A stretch of DNA of 37,665 nucleotides from Octopus sinensis (GCF_006345805.1 NW_021835692.1:1-37665), one strand, 5' to 3'. Positions 9,791 through 21,711 are shown, numbered from the stretch's first letter. A program made the numbers and translations. Notes: generated by a model from the letters alone, not told the origin.

Positions 9791-11699
9791 CTTATTAATA
9801 AAATTAATTTACCTCATAATAACATCGAAATCATGTATCCTGTGGGATAAATGGAGAATTTTTTTGCTTCAGACAGTTTATTCAGTCGTTTGAATAAAAT
9901 CTATGGCTATGGAAATAAAACTGATAATTATTATCTATAAATAATGATTTTTATAACTTTTCGGAGTAATAAATCTGTTTCAATTTTTGGACAAAACCTC
10001 AGCTTTTGGAACACTTAGTGCTCGAAATCCGAGTGTATTAATCCAGGTCTGAGGCGTTTTATAAATGACCTTTAACCTAACCAAGTGACATTATTTAAAA
10101 GCCTAAGTAATGATTTCAGCAAATTGCTGTTTGATCAGATTAATTAGAGAAGTACAAGAAGAAAGACCAACCGTACTGATCCTGAGTTCGTTCACGCTTG
10201 TTTGAATTGACTTGATCAGTACAAGCAATCAACAACATTTGTGGGGCAATAATTCAGTTTGTTGGTTAGGTCCTCACACACACCCACTCGTAGTGGCCAA
10301 GTGACTGGGTCACGTACTTTGGACAGCAAACACTTTTCTACTGAACGCATCTGTTGGCAGTAGTCGCTCATTTCTTGTCGTAATTTCGGTTCTCGATTGC
10401 CATTATCCGGGGAAACAGTTTGGCAATCCGCCAGGCTACATAGATATCATAAACATAATACTAACTAAATTATCTGATTGTAACCTCAAATTGTAATTTC
10501 CTCAATTGTGCACAAAACTTGTGACAATTATAACGTCATACTTTATTGTGTTGTGTAATCAAATGGAAAATATCACCTGTAGGGATATCCCCGCTGTGAG
10601 TTAGTTGGAATTAGTCGTCCTTTAATGAGGTCAGCAGTGCCTCCAAGACCAACCACAGTTTTCGGTAATCATTGGCCTGAATAGAGCACGAATGTTGGCC
10701 TAATTCATCGACATAACAGAAATACTCCATGAGATGGAGACTGTCTGTCCACTTGGGAATCTCAGCGTGGTTTAAAGGAGTGTATCCTCGATGCGGTGAT
10801 CTTTATTTGATTATTTGGAATATTTTTTATGAAGCCACCCAAATCAAGTATTTTGGCTGATTTGAAAGTGACTTTGAGATATCCTTCGAACATGTCGGGG
10901 ATGTCAAAACGCATCATGTGCAGAGGCAAATGAAATCTTTTTAAAATGTGCATTTGACCAGCAAATAGATGCACAATTAATACTTTGGTCAACTTTGAAA
11001 AAGAAAAACAAGTCGACTGCCAGTGTGGACTGCAGGTCTGTCCAATCTCCACTAAACTCGACCACAAAAGTGTAATTTTTGGCTATTTTAATCTCATTAA
11101 ATCTCTCAATTTTGGAGGTGCAGATATAAACAGCAGTCTTTGAGGCTCTAGGACGGCCAGACACGTCTGGTCATCGTTCCTGTCCAAAATAAACATAAAA
11201 CAAATGACTGAGTGAAAGTCCCGCTCAACAATTGCAAAATCAACCGCTTTATAAAGAGTTCGAGATTTGCTTCGGCCCTATCGCTATCATGTTTGGAGAG
11301 TATAATCTAAGCACGCCTTGGATACTCCCGACAGCGAGGATGTCTCATGTGGTTAAGAAAGAGTACCGTTTGTGGAGGATTTGAAGTTGAGCAATGCCAT
11401 CGTGTCCTTTGTGAACTGTTCGTCGGACGCTACTTTCGAACGCCAAAAAAATTTGATTGAAAGAGCCACATTTATTGAAATAGCCCTGTAGAAACAGAAT
11501 TTAATTTTGTCTATGTTCTCTTTGTTTTTATATAGATTTAAGTTTTTAACAAACGTCCATCTTGATTGAATTCTTATGTTTCTGATTTAGTGAATATTGC
11601 ATCACTGATTTACAAATTAAGCTAATTAGATTATCCTAAGAAAAGCTCTCTTATTAACTGCTGGTGATCTGTAGTCAGCGATAGATCAAAGACCGCTCG

Positions 11700-13890
11700 G
11701 AAAGTATACTGACAAGCGTCAGCCAAATTTTTGTGTTCGTGATAGACATCGAAAGAATAGTCACCAAATATCACACGGCCAGTCAATTGCTACAGCTCTT
11801 TAAATTGATTAAGCATATTTTTGCCGCTTCATCTCCGGTTCCCTCCCCGATTTTGCTCGTGATATTTTCTTTTCCGCCAACCTTACTGCCCTTGGGAAAA
11901 AGGACAACGGCGTGAGGCCATCGCCGTGGGCAATATTTTCCGGAGGCTCTCCGCTAAACTTCTGTGTCGAGCCATTGTTCCCTGCTTGTCCTCGAAGTTT
12001 CTGCCTGTCCAACTCGGGGTCGGCGTTCCTAACGGCTGCGAAGCTGCTGTCCACTCAATTCGTGACTTAACTGAATCATTCGAGGAGTTTATCATGGTCA
12101 AATTGGACGTTTCCAACGCATTCAATTCCATCAGGCGGGACCACCTTCTGGAGTGCTGTTGTGAATTAGTCCCTTTCGCCTATCCCCTTGTGCATCTCTC
12201 TTATGCTTGCTCAAGTATCCTTATGTTCAACGATATACCTATTTCTTCGGCCACCGGGGTCCAGCAGGGAGATCCCCTGGGTCCTGTCCTTTTTGCCTTG
12301 GGCGTTAACAGTATCGCTCACTCTGTTCGATCCCCAGTTAATATATGGTATCTGGATGACGCAACCATTTGCGGTCCCCCCGATGCTGTTTTTGACGACC
12401 TTCGTTCTATCCTCCCTTCCCTCTCGGACATCGGCCTATCTATAAACGCCGATAAATCCGAAATCGTGAACATTGCCTTAAATCCGAGTGACTTCACTGC
12501 TTCAATTTCCACGTGCCGAGGCATTCTCTCAGATGTCCGGATTACGGACAAATCAAATCTTACGATCCTCGGTGCCCCCATGGGGCCTTCTGCCCTCGAA
12601 TGCTCACTCTCTGGAAAAATTTCCCATTTATCCAAAATGATCGACAAGCTTAAAGTCATCGAGCCTCATGTGGCTCTTTTCCTCCTCCGAAACCACTTTT
12701 CCGTCCCTAAGATCCTTTACACCCTAAGATGCGCACCCTGCTTTCAAAGAGGCGACCTTCTTTCCGACCTTGACAATATCCTCAGCTCGGTACGAGCTCT
12801 CTTTGCAATCTGGCTTTCGACGATCTAGGTTGGACTCAGGCATCCCTGCCTGTACGCTGGGGCGGCCTTGGCTTGAGATCCTATTCCGATCTTGCCCTCC
12901 CGGCATTCCTATCCGCTCATCACGCTTCTCGTACTCTCTCAGACATCGTTCTTAGAAACCTCCCCGAACGGAAATTGTCTGAAGTTTACTCTGCAGCCCG
13001 TGGTCGGTGGGAGGCTCGGTTTGGTTCGAAGCTGCCCAATTCTCAATCTGCACAGCGTAAATGGGACGAAATCTCTTGTCAGGCAATCTTCGAAGGCCTG
13101 CTTCCTGTCTCCAATCAACACCGTGTCGCTTGCCTCCGTGCAGGTCGCTGTGAAGGCAGCGGTGTCTGGTTAAAGGCTCTCCCTCTCCCTTCCATCGGGA
13201 ACCTGTTGGACAAGGAATGCCTAAGAATTGCAATCTCCCTCCGTGTCGGGCTGAAAATCTGCCAGACGCACAAATGCCGTTGTGGGGGAACTGTTGACGA
13301 GTACGGTTTGCATCCCCTCGCTTGCCGGCGGAGTGCCGGTCGTGCCCCCCGTCACAGTGAACTCAACTCAGTCATACAGAGAGCCCTCGCTTCAGCAGGC
13401 ATCCCGTCAATCCTTGAACCTGTTGGATTGGATAGAGGGGATGGCAAACGCCCTGACGGCATGTCCACCTTCCCCTACGAGCAGGGGAAATCCCTTATTT
13501 GGGATTCTACCTGCTCGGACACGTTCTCGCTGGGAAATCTCGCTCTGTCCGCCGCCAATCCTGGGCACGCTTCCAGGCAGGCCGAGGAGCGAAAGATTCT
13601 CAAGTACGGCCACCTCTCCAACTCGCTGCTCTTTACTCCAATTGCCGTGGAGTCCTCCGGGATCTTCGGTCCCAAGACACTCCGCTTCCTTCGCTCGCTC
13701 GGTCGACTGATTTCAAGGACTAGTCACGATCCAAGAGAGTTTTCTTGGCTCCTGGAACGTCTGTCGATTGCTGTGATCCGAGGGAACGGCTTCGCCATTC
13801 GCGAGGCTGGTCGGGTGTCTCGTGAGGCCTTTAATTAACTTAGCTATCTTTAATTTCTTTCTTGCTTTCAGAACATAAAAAAAAATAAAA
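11700..13890 (+). mobile_element. CRE-clade non-LTR retrotransposon, 5'-truncated: RT, CCHC and RLE endonuclease, two frame disruptions, A-rich tail
   Basis: FFSANLTALGKKDNGVRP(I)AVGNIFRRL, QLGVGVPNGCEAAVH, KLDVSNAFNSIRRD, GVQQGDPLGPVLF, WYLDD; then CRCG...HPLAC...RHSELN and KRPDG...WDSTCSDT...EERKILKY; stop at 13836-13838, A-rich run from about 13878. Frameshifts near 11920 and 12790-12830. Confidence 0.9.
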
Positions 13891-13924
13891 AATTTTGGAC
13901 AAATAATCCCATTTGTATTGATTG

Positions 13925-14160
13925 GTTACGACATGTGAATAATGCCATTAACGGGTCAGGAATCGCTGCAGTTGATCGGATGACTTATTTGGGTGTGCTG
14001 TTCAACCCGTCCGGTAAGTTTGATGATCACATTGCACGTACGAAAATGCATGCAATGCAGCGACTAGGCACGTTGCGTGCTTTCCGCCTGCGAAGAAGTG
14101 CCTGGCTACGCGTGTTTAACGCCATGGTGTTACCCGTGTTGACCTATGGCAGGGATGGCA
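13925..14160 (+). mobile_element. LINE RT thumb-region fragment
   Basis: VDRMTYLGVLFNPSGKFDDHI...LRVFNAMVLPVLTYG. Confidence 0.75.
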
Positions 14161-14173
14161 AAACACTGGCACT

Positions 14174-14365
14174 TTATTATTATTATTATTAGAACCAAGA
14201 TCACCGTCCAAAACATAAAACTAATTAATCAGGTGATCCCGGCTTCTCTGAGGAGGGTCCTCAACTTTGCCCGGTGCTCCTCCTTTGTCCCGGCACAATT
14301 TCTGTGAGGGCGCGGTGGTGGTGTTTTAGGCCCTGTAGCCCCGAGGTTTCTTTTCTGGCACATTT
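14174..14365 (-). mobile_element. 3' end of a LINE with a (TAA)n tail
   Basis: About 75 nt closely similar to 31890-31970 (CACCACCGYGCCCTCAYAGAAATTGTGYCGGGAC...GCACCGGGCA), followed on the minus strand by (TAA)5 at 14174-14191. Confidence 0.7.
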
Positions 14366-14513
14366 TGAATTTCTTTTTTAAATTATTAAAATATGATAGG
14401 ATATTAATTCTTTTATTTAATTTTAACACTTTGTTTTATTTAAATAGTATTATAATAATTTTTAATAAGGTTAACCCTCCTACAGTTTATTACGCTACAC
14501 GTTACATTATTAA

Positions 14514-14805
14514 ATGTCAGTTCTTAAGCATACTGTTAGTACAAAATCAAAGCAAGCTAAATCAAATGGCAGAACATTTCAAAATTCATGGATTAAAGAA
14601 TATGGATTGCTGAACACAGGTTAATATTTTATTTTTAGGAGACAAAGCTTTATGTGTGTTGTGCTCCGGCCAAATTGCTTGCCGAATATCTTCTATAAAA
14701 CGCCATTTTAGAACTATTCACAAATCATTATCTGAGAAAACTAAGGATGAACAAAGAGAAACAATTGCATTTCAGTTAAAAAAACTCTTAACAATCAGAA
14801 TAACT
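14514..14805 (+). mobile_element. hAT (SPIN/GTF2IRD2-like) transposase N-terminus with an inferred 19-nt intron at 14620-14638
   Basis: ATG at 14514; removing GTTAATATTTTATTTTTAG joins GRTFQNSWIKEYGLLNT and GDKALCVLC...SIKRHFRTIHK in frame. Confidence 0.75.
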
Positions 14806-14809
14806 CAGA

Positions 14810-14925
14810 ACAGAAATAAATCCATCAACGATCAGGAAATTAGGAGTACGCTAAGCGTGTTTAGACAAACAAGAATGCCTATAGCGTACTCCTAATTTCC
14901 GGATCGTTGATGGATTTATTTCTGT
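14810..14925. repeat. Near-perfect hairpin or MITE-like foldback: 44-bp arms, 28-nt loop
   Basis: Arms 14810-14853 and 14882-14925 are reverse complements with one mismatch. Confidence 0.95.
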
Positions 14926-15523
14926 AGTCGAATATTTATCATCTCGAGAGGAACGGAAGACTAGGGAAGGTTTATTTGGCAAATTTTCCGACAATTGCCT
15001 CATTTTAATATTATCGAATATTTAATGATTGCCTTGTGCCTGATGAGAATTTGTTAGTTTCTTTATGTCATCTTCACTATTTAAATCTCAAATCTCTTTT
15101 ATTCACAATTTGTAATTTATTTCTTTTTTGGTCAAAATATTGGAGACTGCACTAAATACCCTTTCAACTATATGTTCATGCAGCAGGAAATGGAACGCTG
15201 ATGGAATTTCGAGCACTATTATTACAAAATCTGTTAGAATATTCTATGACAAATCTAACTCGTGAGAAAATACGGAATTTTTACAGAAATGCAGAAAAAA
15301 TCATTGCAAATTGTTCGATTGGGATTCCACAATACTGTAAAACTTTTTGGCCGAGAACATTTTTGGCCCTTGAAAATATCTTGATCATTATCCGACATTT
15401 AATTTTATATATTCGATTTTTATCGGTATTTATCCTATTAGATTAGTTTTTTATTTATAAATGTTATCATGGCAAACCTTAATTTCTAGCGTGATATTTA
15501 GCATGAATGATTATTTTGTTGCA

Positions 15524-15932
15524 ATGGCTTCTTACAAGGGTTTTGTAAAAGATTGCGTTGAATATCAAATTTTAAAAAATGCTTTACATGATAAATCTCC
15601 CGAAAATCTTCCAAGGCACCGAAAATATAGACTTATAAAGAAAATGGAGAATTTCACCATTATCAATGACAGGTACTGTAAATTTGTAATAAATTTACAG
15701 ACTTTATCTTAAATCTAGTGATCCCAAGTTAGTCATATCCCTCGATGATGAAACCGAAATGGAGCTTGTGGCGAAATCATTACATGAGTTTTCACACGGA
15801 GGAGTAATAAAATTGAATATGAATGTCGACAAAGATATTTCAGTCAAGAATGACATTATCAGAAAATTTATTCGAAATTGTGAAGTTTGCAAATTTTCGC
15901 GACTTTTAAAAGTTGACCAGACTAAAAAATAG
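15524..15932 (+). mobile_element. Ginger/GIN-like integrase-type transposase, N-terminal part, with an inferred 28-nt intron at 15673-15700
   Basis: Spliced 126-aa ORF: ...FTIINDR|LYLKSS...LHEFSHGGVIKL...IIRKFIRNCEVCK (HHCC integrase zinc-binding motif). The catalytic core is absent. Confidence 0.6.
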
Positions 15933-16829
15933 TTACCAAAATTTTACTCTTTACCAGAATTTATAAAGAGCCTGGAAGTCAGCTCAAAGTCGCCGCAGTG
16001 CGTATCGAGTGGCAGTTTCCGCGGAGCACCGCGACCGAGATTCGCTGGAAGAGCCAGCTGTCTCCCTCCGGTCGTTTCCATCAATTAAATTAATTGAAGT
16101 TAATCTTAATTCAATCGGCGGCCAGACATTTATAATGACCACGCACCAGTCCACCTTGTACATATGTACTTGCAGATGTTTTCCGCAACAGCCTGTGGCA
16201 ATACTCACACCGATCACGGTCAAATTTAAGTTCCCGAAAATAATTCTTTACGAATGCTGTATTCCAATCTTTCTCATCAAAATTCGACATTATCACAAAG
16301 AAGAAGCTAGTAAATATTTTATTTACTCTTTTAAATTTTTAATAGAATATAATAAAAATTAATATAATAAATAAATTTATTGTAAATTCTAATACAGTTC
16401 TAATTTTGTTAATTTCTATTAAACATGTTAATTTCGTCTGTCCTACAATTGCTGGATTTTTAGCATACATCTGGTCGCTCTACAACGACAAATCTGTCTC
16501 TTAAGTTATGAGTATAGAATGAAAACACATCCTTCTTTTGATATACCAAAGGCCTTGGATTTTTTTCAAAATAAAAGCTTTGACAGTGGTTTTTGCTTAT
16601 TTGTTGTCTGTGTTCCCGTCCCAGATCACTTAATTTAGTTCAAATAGAAGATCTAAGGAAATAGTCCTACTCCATATACGTTAGAATTTTATCAAAAAAT
16701 AAATTCGCTGGGACCATTAAATTTGTCTTGGAATGTGCTGGATTACATTTATCTATCACATTAACTGGCATTTCAATAGATCAACCCAACAATAATTTAT
16801 ATATTTTACATTCAGACCGATATATATTA

Positions 16830-17045
16830 ATTATTAACATCGGGAAGGCCTCGGAAAACGTCCAGCACTCCTCCTGCACGATAAAGGATGCAGACCGAAA
16901 GGGTCAACAGTGCAGCCACAACGACACGTGTGCGGGACACATTGCCTGAGTCCGAGTGTGTGGCTCGAGGAGACGGACGAGACAAAAGCAGGGAACGATA
17001 AGTCGGAACATAAGCGGATGCTGAGCCCCGCAAAAGATAACGGGA
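16830..17045 (-). mobile_element. CRE-clade fragment with an in-frame internal deletion, different subfamily
   Basis: TLPLSFAGLSIRLCSDLSFPAFVSS|...LGLRQCVPHTCRCGCTVDPFGLHPLSCRRSAGRFPR, homologous to the 12.85 kb and 13.25-13.35 kb parts of the main CRE copy. Confidence 0.75.
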
Positions 17046-17394
17046 GGGTTTACATTTTATTTACCTAAATGTGATATATTATGGAATTCTTGTTGTGCGT
17101 GCATGTTCGTTTCGACTGAGCTCTGTGAAACGTTACCTGAGGGCCTACCTACGAATCAATTGAAAAGAAAAGCCAGTGAGAACGTAGATGAAGTGGCCCA
17201 ATGCCAAAGAATTTGCCTTATCTCACAACCCTTCTCCCCAAGTAGGCCACGAAGGCCTGCTTACCTTGCAAGCAGTAATCGATCAAGTCACAAGTTCCGA
17301 CAAGATTCAGTGGGCCACAGAAGTGGTTCATTCTGTCAGACAAAGATTTGGAAGGATTTCTCGCGGTGGATGGCCTCATATAACAAGGGCGTTC

Positions 17395-19400
17395 AATTGC
17401 ATTTTGAGGAGGATTATGATTGTTAAACCCATCCGCAATGTGTCAGTCTTGAGAGATGGGTGGAAGTGGAATCCAAAGAACGAAAGCCGTGTTGAGATTC
17501 AGCAAATAGGAGGAAAGGTTTTATGATGCTCAGTACTACCCGTTCTGTTATTTTTAAACCACTGAAATCAAAGAGATAGGTCGAAAAGGTCAGATGTATC
17601 TCGATTTGGTTTTGGAATAGGGATGATGGTAGATTTTTTCCAAAGCATAGGAACCAAACCATGGTTGATCGAGTATTCGATTAAATTGGTCAGGGCCAGA
17701 AAGTCATTTGGACCCAGATTTTTTAGATGGTGGATGACAAGACCATCCGGACCTCTGGCGTAAGAATTTCGCGAGTTAACAACAAGCTGCTTGGTAAGTG
17801 ATTCTGGGATGTTAATAAAGTGTGTAGAATTGACATTGGAATTATATGAGATTTTCTTATGAAACAGAGATGTTTGGGGTAGGAATAGTTTAGGCTCTAA
17901 GTTGAACTGATGTAGGAAGGTGACTAATTTTTGCATAATGACGAATTAAGATGTTAGCTTGATCCCGAAAGGATAGGAAAGATTTTTTGGACGAGATGCC
18001 GGTGGCATGTGAGAGAGGGCATGTTTGCCTTGTGTGAATTTTCTTGAGAGATCTCCAGAAAACACGGGATCCAGTATGTGGGGATATAGATGTGAAAAAA
18101 TCATTTCATTTTTCAGTTTTATGTTTTTGATTAGTTCGTCGATTTGTTTATTAATTTCTGCTAGATATTCCGCAGTTCCATTTATAGATGTCGTCGATTT
18201 GAGCCTCCTTCGTTTTTTGAATAGTTCAATGATCGGGGGAGGATAATGGAGGCCGTGATTTTTGATGAACCGCAGGGAATAATCTTTTGTGCGCAGAAAG
18301 AAGTATATTAGTAAAGAAAGCAACAGCAGCATCAAATGATTGAAAGGAGGAGCAAGAAAAGTTACTGAATATACGCTCAGTGTCATTCCTGAAGGAGTCC
18401 CATTTCCCACGTTTGTAGTTAATGTAGGTCTTCATAATTCTCTTTTTTACAGGGTGATGATTTATTTTAATTAGAATAGGATTGTGATCCGTTGGTAGGT
18501 CGTACACCACTGTCCATTTGGTGTCGAGTGCAATGTTTGGAGAACATAAGGTGATGTCAGGAGAAGTGTTTAAATCTCCAGGACGCATTGCACAGCGGGT
18601 GTGCAGAAGAGGATTGTTTAGAGTGATCAATTCTTCCGCATCAGTTATAATTTGTTGGCCTCGTTTATCAGTTTTGTTTGTGGATAGCCAAAGAGGGCGT
18701 TGAAGTCGCCACAAAGAATACAGTTTCAAGTGAAAAAAGAGGCAGTAAGTTCGGAGTATAATTAGGATCACATGACGAAATCGGGGGGATATATAAGTCG
18801 TCGAGAATAGTGGAATATCCTTTTCACAGGTGGGAAAGACCTCTAGTCGTGCTACAACGCCGAAGGTAATTCTACCCCCGGCGCGAGCGGTCTTCTTCGT
18901 CTGCGGATCCATCTCCGAAGACGAATTGCGAGTACCTAAATTGTTAGAAATTGGACGGCAAGCGACACGTTTAGGTTTCCCAACGTTACGCCAGCCGTCC
19001 TCATGGGCTACCTGAGTACTTTTTTTTCGCGATCGTTTAGCAAAACTTTTTTTCTGCTTTAAGATTGTCATTTTTGCGCATCACAGAAAAAACGAGCATG
19101 CTTGCACGCTACAATTCAACTCTCAGTAAGTTTGGTCTCACTATTCTCCACGCTATATCAATAGAGTTCGTGTGAAGAAAGTAGCGTAGGTCATTGCATT
19201 TCTTAGAGATCCCGTTAATGTTTAGTTGAAGGATGGTTAGTGTTCTAATAGATTCAGGTTTTGCTCCACATCTCCACACCGAATCAACAACAGAGTCAGG
19301 GAACGTAAGCTTGACGCTCGTAGCCACTGCCAACCAAACCGTTGACATGTTGGTTGGCAAGGAAAAGGTTGGTTCTGTTTGTTACTGAAGGAGAATCAGC
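17395..19400 (-). mobile_element. APE-type LINE (I/Jockey group), degraded: 2A-like peptide, APE, linker and RT N-terminus
   Basis: ILQLNINGISKK...DI, YIPP, GDFNA, SPDITLCS, TDHNPI, GPDGL, LWKKSTIIPIPKP, QHGFR and GFNNHNPP in order; multiple frameshifts; foreign segment at about 18800-19120. Confidence 0.85.
19250..19293 (-). other. Degenerate 2A (StopGo) motif upstream of the LINE endonuclease
   Basis: CTGTTGTTGATTCGGTGTGGAGATGTGGAGCAAAACCTGAATCT reads LLLIRCGDVEQN(P)ES if one C is restored in the CC run; it directly precedes IRTLTILQLNING. Confidence 0.7.
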
Positions 19401-19559
19401 ATCCAATCGTCTCCACGAGAAGGTGAACCACATGACGATCAAGGAAACACTAGAAAAAATCAAAGAAATCAAGGACCCCAAAAATTTAAAAAGCCAACCT
19501 GGCACCCCCTTTTTTAAATCTAACAGATATTTGTATTAAAATGATCATTAAAAAAATAT

Positions 19560-21010
19560 TTAGGTTCCTTGAGATTTTTCTTGCCTTTTAGTCTTATTAA
19601 TTCTTCGAAACGCGGTTTTTTGTTTGCTAGTGCAATTCTGAGATTGTTTTCAGGCTAAGAGAGTTTCTGTTCTTATTTTTTATACATAATAGAGATGAAA
19701 ATCCAGATTCACATAGCTAAGTTGTTGCAAATGGAATCAGAACTTCCAGTGCTTTCTTTCCAAGTTTCGGGAACCCTGCTTGCAAACCGCTCCAAAAAAC
19801 TTCTAAAGTATTTGAGCCGTACAACATTTTCAGTGATGTAGATGCTTGCAATTTAATCAAATCGTCTTTAACTTCGTTTCTATCATCCATCTTTTCCATT
19901 TTGAAAACAAATGGATTAACGATCCAGGTATCAGAATCTTCGATATTTCCGAGTAGAAAACATTCATCAAATGAATTTTTTGAACATTCAAGATTGTTGT
20001 TGATTTGTTTAATAGTTTTATCAAAAGTCAAGTCGGAATCAATAGCAACTTTATCCAACGTTGGAAAATTGGCAAAATTATTGTCTTAAATACGGCGAGT
20101 CCATAACAAAAGTTAATTCCTGAAGGTATTTAGATTGTCAGAAGCATTAATAATGCTTATCCCTTTCCCTTCAATTAAAAGATTCAACTCGTTAAGGTGA
20201 TTGAAATTGTCAGCCAAATATGCCACCAAAATAACAAAATCAGGAGATTTGATAGAATCAAGTAGTTCAGAGTTTTTTCAAATAGAAATTGCTTGATTTC
20301 AACTCTGAGAATATAAAATCTTGTTAAAACACGACCTCTTGAATGCCATCTAAAGTCAGTATGATACAAAAGAACAGTGGTGTCAGCATCATAATCAATA
20401 CATAATGCTTTGAACAATCTATGATTCAAAGCTCTTCCTCGAATAAAATTCACAATTTTGACGCATGAATTTGAAACGGTATTTAACAGAACGAATATCC
20501 ATAGCCATAGTCAAAGGCAATACTCTGGCTATCTACCAATGACCAGTTTTCTTTAGTCTTTAACAAAAAAATATTTGTCAACTTAATAGGCAAGAACTTT
20601 GATACGAGTGTATGTCGATGAAAAATACAGTGAGTAACTTTTACATCTGGAACATGTTTTCTTAAAAGGGCTGCAAAGCCCGACCTGTTCCCCAGCATAA
20701 CTGGAGCACCGTCCGTGCAAACTGATCCGATAAATTCCAATGGAATATCATTTTCATTAAAAAAAGTCTCAGGTATATGGAAAACATTTTTTACAGAGGC
20801 TTCTTTTTCGAATTAACAAGAGTCTCGGCACTTCTTCGATTTTGCAACTTCATATGCTACTTGGAATGATTCCAAATAGTAGCGGTTTGTCAATGGAGGT
20901 AAATTCATGCTTCGGAAGCGTTCCTTTAATATTGTATCTGACCCTTTTAACCTTTAAACATTCGAAATCATTTCCTGAACGTTTTATTCCCCCGTGCTAA
21001 CCAAAAAAAT
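19560..21010 (-). mobile_element. hAT (Buster/ZBED5/Charlie-like) transposase remnant
   Basis: SFQVAYEVAKSKK, SVCTDGAPVMLG, VTHCIFHRH, NFIRGRALNHRLF, LLYHTDFRWHSRG, VLIPFATTYLCESGFS; several deletions and frameshifts. Confidence 0.9.
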
Positions 21011-21169
21011 GCTTGTTCAGCTAAAATGGTTTCAAATTAGAGTTAGAAAAGATTGCATCACAAATGATGCACTGGGGTCGATCGATTCCATCAATGATTA
21101 TTTTCGTAAACCATAGTTAAAATAGTCAAGATCCCAATTAGTGAGACAAGATCCCAGTCATTCTATTAA

Positions 21170-21486
21170 AAAATTCTGGTGACGAAAAAGTTACCTTTCT
21201 ATCAGCTATCTTCAACCATTCGATCTACAAAAATGTGTTACCGTTATTATGGAAACACTAATAAGGCCGATAATGAAACCTGAAAGACCTAGAGACAACC
21301 CTGCATCTTTTAGACCGGTTTCCCTATTATGGTCCATGTCGAAAAATCCTGGAAAAGATGGTTCTTGGAAATATAAGCTAACATGGATCGGCTGAACGTC
21401 TTACTACCTGATAGGTGCCTGACAAAGTGCATCGGGATCACGTGACTATTTGTCCGGTTTCTTTGTGTTTAAATAAATAAATAAAC
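21170..21486 (+). mobile_element. Collapsed LINE: RT N-terminal motifs joined to a 3' end with a (TAAA)n tail
   Basis: LSAIFNHSI...LWKH...IMKPERPRDNPASFRPVSLL...LEKMV, then within about 100 nt TAAATAAATAAATAAA. Confidence 0.6.
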
Positions 21487-21711
21487 ACAGAGAATTCAGC
21501 ACTCATGGATAACAGTCTGATAGCCAGAGGAAGAATTCCAAGAACAGTAGGGACCAGGATTACCTAGCCTAGTTAGCTTAACTTTCTCTCTTCGTGGTCT
21601 TATGATTAAATAATAAAATGAAATAAAATTGATGATGATGAATGAATTTCCATTCTCACGATATCATAATAACTATATTTGCAAACTTGCCGTCATTATT
21701 ACCAATTACGA

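Noticed and set aside
5535-13723. Many listed ORFs such as 5535-5957, 12318-12659, 12892-13173 and 13282-13710
   Set aside because: They are antisense or alternate-frame shadows of RT coding regions with no recognisable motifs.
17050-17395. Plus-strand ORFs 17103-17426 and 17188-17526 as a novel gene
   Set aside because: More likely the antisense of a heavily decayed RT continuation (VR*G...GPL on the minus strand); unresolved.
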